Source: Candidatus Bathyarchaeota archaeon
GTDB lineage: Archaea; Thermoproteota; Bathyarchaeia; Bathyarchaeales; Bathycorpusculaceae
DNA length: 64,000 nt
Reading direction: 5' to 3'
Assembly: GCA_963768425.1 (NCBI GenBank)
Contig: CAVYHV010000009.1
Coordinates: 64,001 to 128,000, forward strand
How positions within the stretch are numbered: position 1 is the stretch's first letter; every line of letters begins with the position of its first letter. The position numbers and the translations under genes are program-made. This document shows positions 59,907-64,000 of this stretch, piece by piece. The notes below the pieces were generated by a model, which worked only from the letters and a program-made list of their open reading frames with translations, made no database searches and was not told the origin of the DNA.

Positions 59907-60902
59907 CTAAGTTAAGCCTAGGGAAGCTTTCATTACTTCTACGTCTAGATTGCCTGCTGTGAATGTTTTACCCGTTTTCATATTGTTGACGGCGACGACA
60001 GCGGGAGCAAATATGTTTGTGTCAATCTTGTAGAAGTCGAAGCCTGCTTCTTTGTAGATGTCTAGGAATCGGGGATTTTTTTGGGCGAGTCTTTTTGCTT
60101 CTTGCAACATTGCAGAAGCTGACGAGGGAGCTTGCTGAACTATGCTTTGCAGTTTTTGTTCGTCATCGTAATTTACTATGTAGTTCGTTACTCCTCCGTA
60201 GAGGATAGCATCATTTGTCCTTCCCATGGCTTCGCCTGCATCAGGATGCAACGGGACAATCGGAGCATAACCCCACGCATGCTTTACAACCAATGGGTCT
60301 AAACCGCACCTTTCAAGTTTATGAAGCCCCGTTTCAACTATTCGTCCTGAAACTTGAGTTGCACCAGCCACGCTAGTCGTAGAAAACATTACCAAATACA
60401 GGTTTTTAGCGGGAACCTTGCATTTATCGGCTATAAATTGAATAACTGCTTCTGGCGGCTTCGTTTGGGTTTCTAAAACAAGCACTGCAGTATCGGATTC
60501 TTCCTTAAATTGAAGTTTTTCGTAGAGATCTTTGGGTTTAAGGGCCAAAGCTCTTGCTGGACCAGATGCGATGGCTGAATATCCTTCACCTTTTACTTGC
60601 CAGCCTGCAAATTGGGAAGCCAAGAGAGACAGCGCTGGGTAATCTGTCTTTATGAAAACTGAGGGCAAAACAATATTTCCGTATTGAATTGCAGTCACAT
60701 TGGCGGTGCCATAACCTGCTAGGCAGATTTCAGTTACCATTTCGCCCGCAAGAAAACCGCCTTCAGCTTCAATGCCAGCGTCAATCAAGGTTGCGCCAGA
60801 TTCAGATTTTTCGACGTTAACGCCATATTTATCTGCTTCATCACAAAACTTATTCACCAAACGCAGCGCTGATTTATTTAGAGTAATCTTTGGCATTGTC
60901 AT
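59907..60902 (-). CDS. mch: methenyltetrahydromethanopterin cyclohydrolase
   Basis: SQFAGW, SGPARALA, LE, QVSGRIVET, MGRTNDAILYGG, FYKID..FAPA. Confidence 0.95.
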   Translation of the reverse strand: MTMPKITLNKSALRLVNKFCDEADKYGVNVEKSESGATLIDAGIEAEGGFLAGEMVTEICLAGYGTANVTAIQYGNIVLPSVFIKTDYPALSLLASQFAGWQVKGEGYSAIASGPARALALKPKDLYEKLQFKEESDTAVLVLETQTKPPEAVIQFIADKCKVPAKNLYLVMFSTTSVAGATQVSGRIVETGLHKLERCGLDPLVVKHAWGYAPIVPLHPDAGEAMGRTNDAILYGGVTNYIVNYDDEQKLQSIVQQAPSSASAMLQEAKRLAQKNPRFLDIYKEAGFDFYKIDTNIFAPAVVAVNNMKTGKTFTAGNLDVEVMKASLGLT

Positions 60903-60980
60903 TTGCTTCCCTAAAGGTACTGGAATAAGCAAATATATAGCCACGGATAAGTCTTTTCCCCAAACACGCAAAAAAGAATC

Positions 60981-61547
60981 TTATTTTTCCAAAAGTTCTC
61001 TGTACTTTCCGAGCCTGCGGTCGTACTCTTCGTTAATCATGTTTTTCAGTTCCAGATAAGCATCCAAATTCATTTCGTATTTTGCTGATTTCAAATTAGA
61101 ATGATCGAGTGTCGATTTAAGTTTCCGAATCTTTTGCTGCCATAACTCAGTAATCTGCTGTGGAAACATGAATGGGTAAGTTGCGATGGTTTCATCAATT
61201 TTTTTCCTTTCTTCAAAATCTAGCCAAAACCCTGTGTTTTCCGAATTAGAAGTCTTGTTAAGAAGCATGTATAATGGCCCGTAGGCTTTTTCGAGTTCGT
61301 TTCTGGCATCTTCAATCTGATGTCTTTTTGCCTCTGTAGAGGCTCGTTTAAACGTTGAAAAGCCCTCAATGGCAGCGAAAACAGCTAAAGCAAATGTTAG
61401 AAGTATTGTGGTTTTGTCCATGAAAGTGAGGTCTGATAAAACTGAAATGTGCCCAGAATACCCCGTCAGCTGAGGAATGTACAAAATAACAACTAACACG
61501 ATTAGTCCCAAGAATGGCAAAGAGAGCAGCCAAGTCTCTTTCGGCAT
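60981..61547 (-). CDS. 2-TM hypothetical protein
   Basis: Two N-terminal TM helices, then LEKAYGPLY and a helical domain. Confidence 0.65.
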   Translation of the reverse strand: MPKETWLLSLPFLGLIVLVVILYIPQLTGYSGHISVLSDLTFMDKTTILLTFALAVFAAIEGFSTFKRASTEAKRHQIEDARNELEKAYGPLYMLLNKTSNSENTGFWLDFEERKKIDETIATYPFMFPQQITELWQQKIRKLKSTLDHSNLKSAKYEMNLDAYLELKNMINEEYDRRLGKYRELLEK

Positions 61548-61701
61548 TCGCACCCACAGACAGTAACGTGTTCTTAGAATATAACTTTTCAAATGATAGC
61601 TATCAATTTCTCTTTTACTCTCAATTAATTTGCATGATTCAGCCGCCGACCTGTAGATTTTCTGGTGTTCGAAGATGTAATTGCTGCGTTTATTCTGGCG
61701 C

Positions 61702-64000
61702 CTAAATTTCAAGGTTCTCCCTTGTTAGCATAAATTCAGTGTCAGTATATCTTTGGTTATACAGCTTTCGAATGCGCAGAATTTTTTCGGGTCCCTTCTC
61801 GGCGTCTTTTTCGGTTATCCTGATCTCTCCTTCGAATAGACCGGAAATTGCTTGCACTTCTTCCTGCGGATGCATCTGAGGGTTAATAACTGCCAATGTT
61901 GTGAAGCCTTTTGCCTTGAGTTCCGGAAGGAGCCCGCTCAGCCATTTTCTGGTCATTACGGCGTGGTGTTGCAGCAAAACGTCAGATATGATTTCAATGC
62001 AGGCCCTTTTTGGTCCGCTTTGCGAGTTGTCGAACATGCGGAATGATTTGATTAAGGCAATATCGATATCCGTGAGATTTTCTATCCCCTTCATCTTGAA
62101 AACATTGGGCAAATTCTTGACAATGATGTCAGCTCGGGGATTACAAATAAACAGGAAAAGAGAAGACGGAAATTTCTCGGCCAAAGCTGCTGTATTGCCC
62201 ACTTCTGTCGTAATGTAAAATGTTATTTGCCCATTAACCAAGCCTGCCTGGATGAACCTTTTAATCAATTCTTCTTTCTCGTCGCAGGATGGACTTGTCA
62301 ATATGATTGTGTAGGTTTCAGGTATTCCGCCCAATAGAAGGTTATCCAGACCGTTGAACCCCGTGGTGACGCGCCCAGGTAGCGCGGCTTCCAGAAAACT
62401 GAACGCGATCGGCTTAGGATTGTGGGTCATTTGATGCCCTGTTTCGTCGACGCAGATGATTTTTGGGCTGATCCTGACATTGCCTTTTATAAACGATTTA
62501 AAGGTTATTTTGATTTCGTCAGTCTTAAGAGGTTCTATTTTCCTTCCCTTCAGAGCGAGAGTAGTGCCCTCAACAGAGCATCCGTCGGGCTTGGCAACGA
62601 TTAGAAAACCAGCTTGGAGAAGGTTTTCAATTTTGGTCAGCAGGACTGGTTCTTTCCCCACGTTCACTATTTGAATTTCGAGGTTTACGTCCTCTCCTGC
62701 TTTAGTTTCATTTTCTTTCTGGATGAGTTTAGCTTGAATTTCTGCGTGTTCGAATCTTTCTAATCCCACTGCTTTTTCTTCGTTCGGCTCTATCGAAGAG
62801 AAGCTTGCCGTCGAAGATGTTATAGCTGGTGCATGGAAAAGTTCGCCGAGGGATAATGCCAATTCTTTGTCGTCTCTGACTTTCCTTAAAAGACGCTGAA
62901 CTTGCTCGTTTTTCTCGGTGTGCCCTGCTTTTGCAAAACATTCGGCTGAAATTTGCAGCACTTTTTCAGCCATCAGATAAAACTTTGCCTCTTTTGAAGG
63001 ATCTTTTTCTCGTTTAGCGCTGTCCATGTAGACGTAAGCGTCGAAAAGGCGTTGCGTGCCTTTTGCGTAATCAGAAGCTGATTCGAAGCCAGCTCGAAGA
63101 TAGTAGCTTGCGGCAGAACCAATGTGTTTGGCGGTTTCCTCGTACATGCTCGCATTTCTCGTGATTTCAAATTCTATTCCAGTTTCCAATGCTTTACAGA
63201 AGCTACTGTGTCCCAACGCAAGCAGACCTGCTGATTCCTTAGTAGCATGTTCATTTGCAAGAGTAAAGAGATCTGCAGCCTCTTCATAGATTATTGGGGA
63301 GTTTTTGGCTTCTGCTAATGTCATTTTTTGCCATGCTTGGCAGAGGTAAACGAGTGGTCTAACTTCTTTTCCCGTTTGCTCTGGGTCAACTTGTAATATT
63401 TTTTTGAAGATTTCAGCTGCAGATCCATATTTTTGGGAACTGCCACCGTGGTCACCTTGTCTGTCGAGAATTTTCGCTTCTTCTAAAGAGATTCTTCCAT
63501 TGCTGTATTCAACCCTGATTTTTGAAGCCTCAACTAGTGCTTTGACAAGTTTTTGTTCGTCCGTCTTGTCGATTCTGCCGAGTTCAACCAGAAGAACACG
63601 TTCCGAGTCTTGCAAAAATCTGATAGCTTTCTCGAAGGTTGCTACTGACTCTTTGCAGCTTTCTTTTCTGCTTAAGTCTTCTGCTTGTTCAAGAAGTGAC
63701 CATGCATAAAAGTTTGAAGATAAGTAGTTCCAGAATTTTGATTGTTTCAAAACGCTCGACGCTTTTTCGTAATGGTTCATAGCATCAATGTATCTTTCGC
63801 CATTGTGTTCAAGTTTTGCCGTTTCAATCTCGCTCCATGCCTTCATGTAGGATGCATAGTCGAGGAAGAAGTCGCTGAACTGACTGATTTTCTGAGCGGC
63901 TGCTTTGTATCCAGCGAACCCTTTTTCAAAATTTTCCGCAGCTTTATTATACTCGCCGAGAAGGTCGAGGTTGCTCGTCAAACCAAAGATCAGCCTAACT
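61702..64000 (-). CDS. large TPR-like + Ig-like + degenerate KaiC-type ATPase protein (5' end outside the window)
   Basis: Helical repeats, NVGKEP Ig-like domain, then TTGFNGLDNLLLGGIP, FEGEIRI, LRIRKL. Walker A position reads SPSCDEKE. Confidence 0.85.
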   Translation of the reverse strand, partial: VRLIFGLTSNLDLLGEYNKAAENFEKGFAGYKAAAQKISQFSDFFLDYASYMKAWSEIETAKLEHNGERYIDAMNHYEKASSVLKQSKFWNYLSSNFYAWSLLEQAEDLSRKESCKESVATFEKAIRFLQDSERVLLVELGRIDKTDEQKLVKALVEASKIRVEYSNGRISLEEAKILDRQGDHGGSSQKYGSAAEIFKKILQVDPEQTGKEVRPLVYLCQAWQKMTLAEAKNSPIIYEEAADLFTLANEHATKESAGLLALGHSSFCKALETGIEFEITRNASMYEETAKHIGSAASYYLRAGFESASDYAKGTQRLFDAYVYMDSAKREKDPSKEAKFYLMAEKVLQISAECFAKAGHTEKNEQVQRLLRKVRDDKELALSLGELFHAPAITSSTASFSSIEPNEEKAVGLERFEHAEIQAKLIQKENETKAGEDVNLEIQIVNVGKEPVLLTKIENLLQAGFLIVAKPDGCSVEGTTLALKGRKIEPLKTDEIKITFKSFIKGNVRISPKIICVDETGHQMTHNPKPIAFSFLEAALPGRVTTGFNGLDNLLLGGIPETYTIILTSPSCDEKEELIKRFIQAGLVNGQITFYITTEVGNTAALAEKFPSSLFLFICNPRADIIVKNLPNVFKMKGIENLTDIDIALIKSFRMFDNSQSGPKRACIEIISDVLLQHHAVMTRKWLSGLLPELKAKGFTTLAVINPQMHPQEEVQAISGLFEGEIRITEKDAEKGPEKILRIRKLYNQRYTDTEFMLTRENLEI

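Overview
Archaeal chromosomal segment, most likely Bathyarchaeia. The basis is archaeal LeuS, PheS/PheT, uS12/uS7 and P1/L12, methanopterin genes plus mch, a PQQ-type beta-propeller surface protein and several KaiC-like ATPases. Many genes carry single-base frameshifts at homopolymers, which points to an unpolished long-read assembly. Two things stand out. (1) A complete 3,275-bp IS6-family transposon (28838-32112) with perfect 50-bp terminal inverted repeats and an 8-bp target duplication. Its transposase has an extra N-terminal SWIM finger and is divergent from an AbrB-type regulator across an AGGTAA box array. Its passengers include an Mrr-like nuclease that the ORF track missed. (2) A dispersed intergenic repeat family with at least 8 copies. 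Each copy is a run of roughly 10-bp-phased GAT/GAC/GTC units (exactly phased in the best copies) abutting a conserved ~60-bp core. Also seen: two candidate structured RNAs, a 24-bp direct repeat 5.9 kb apart, an mch gene relic, tRNA-Ala(GGC) and several unannotated small proteins. All calls come from reading the sequence by eye; no database searches were run.
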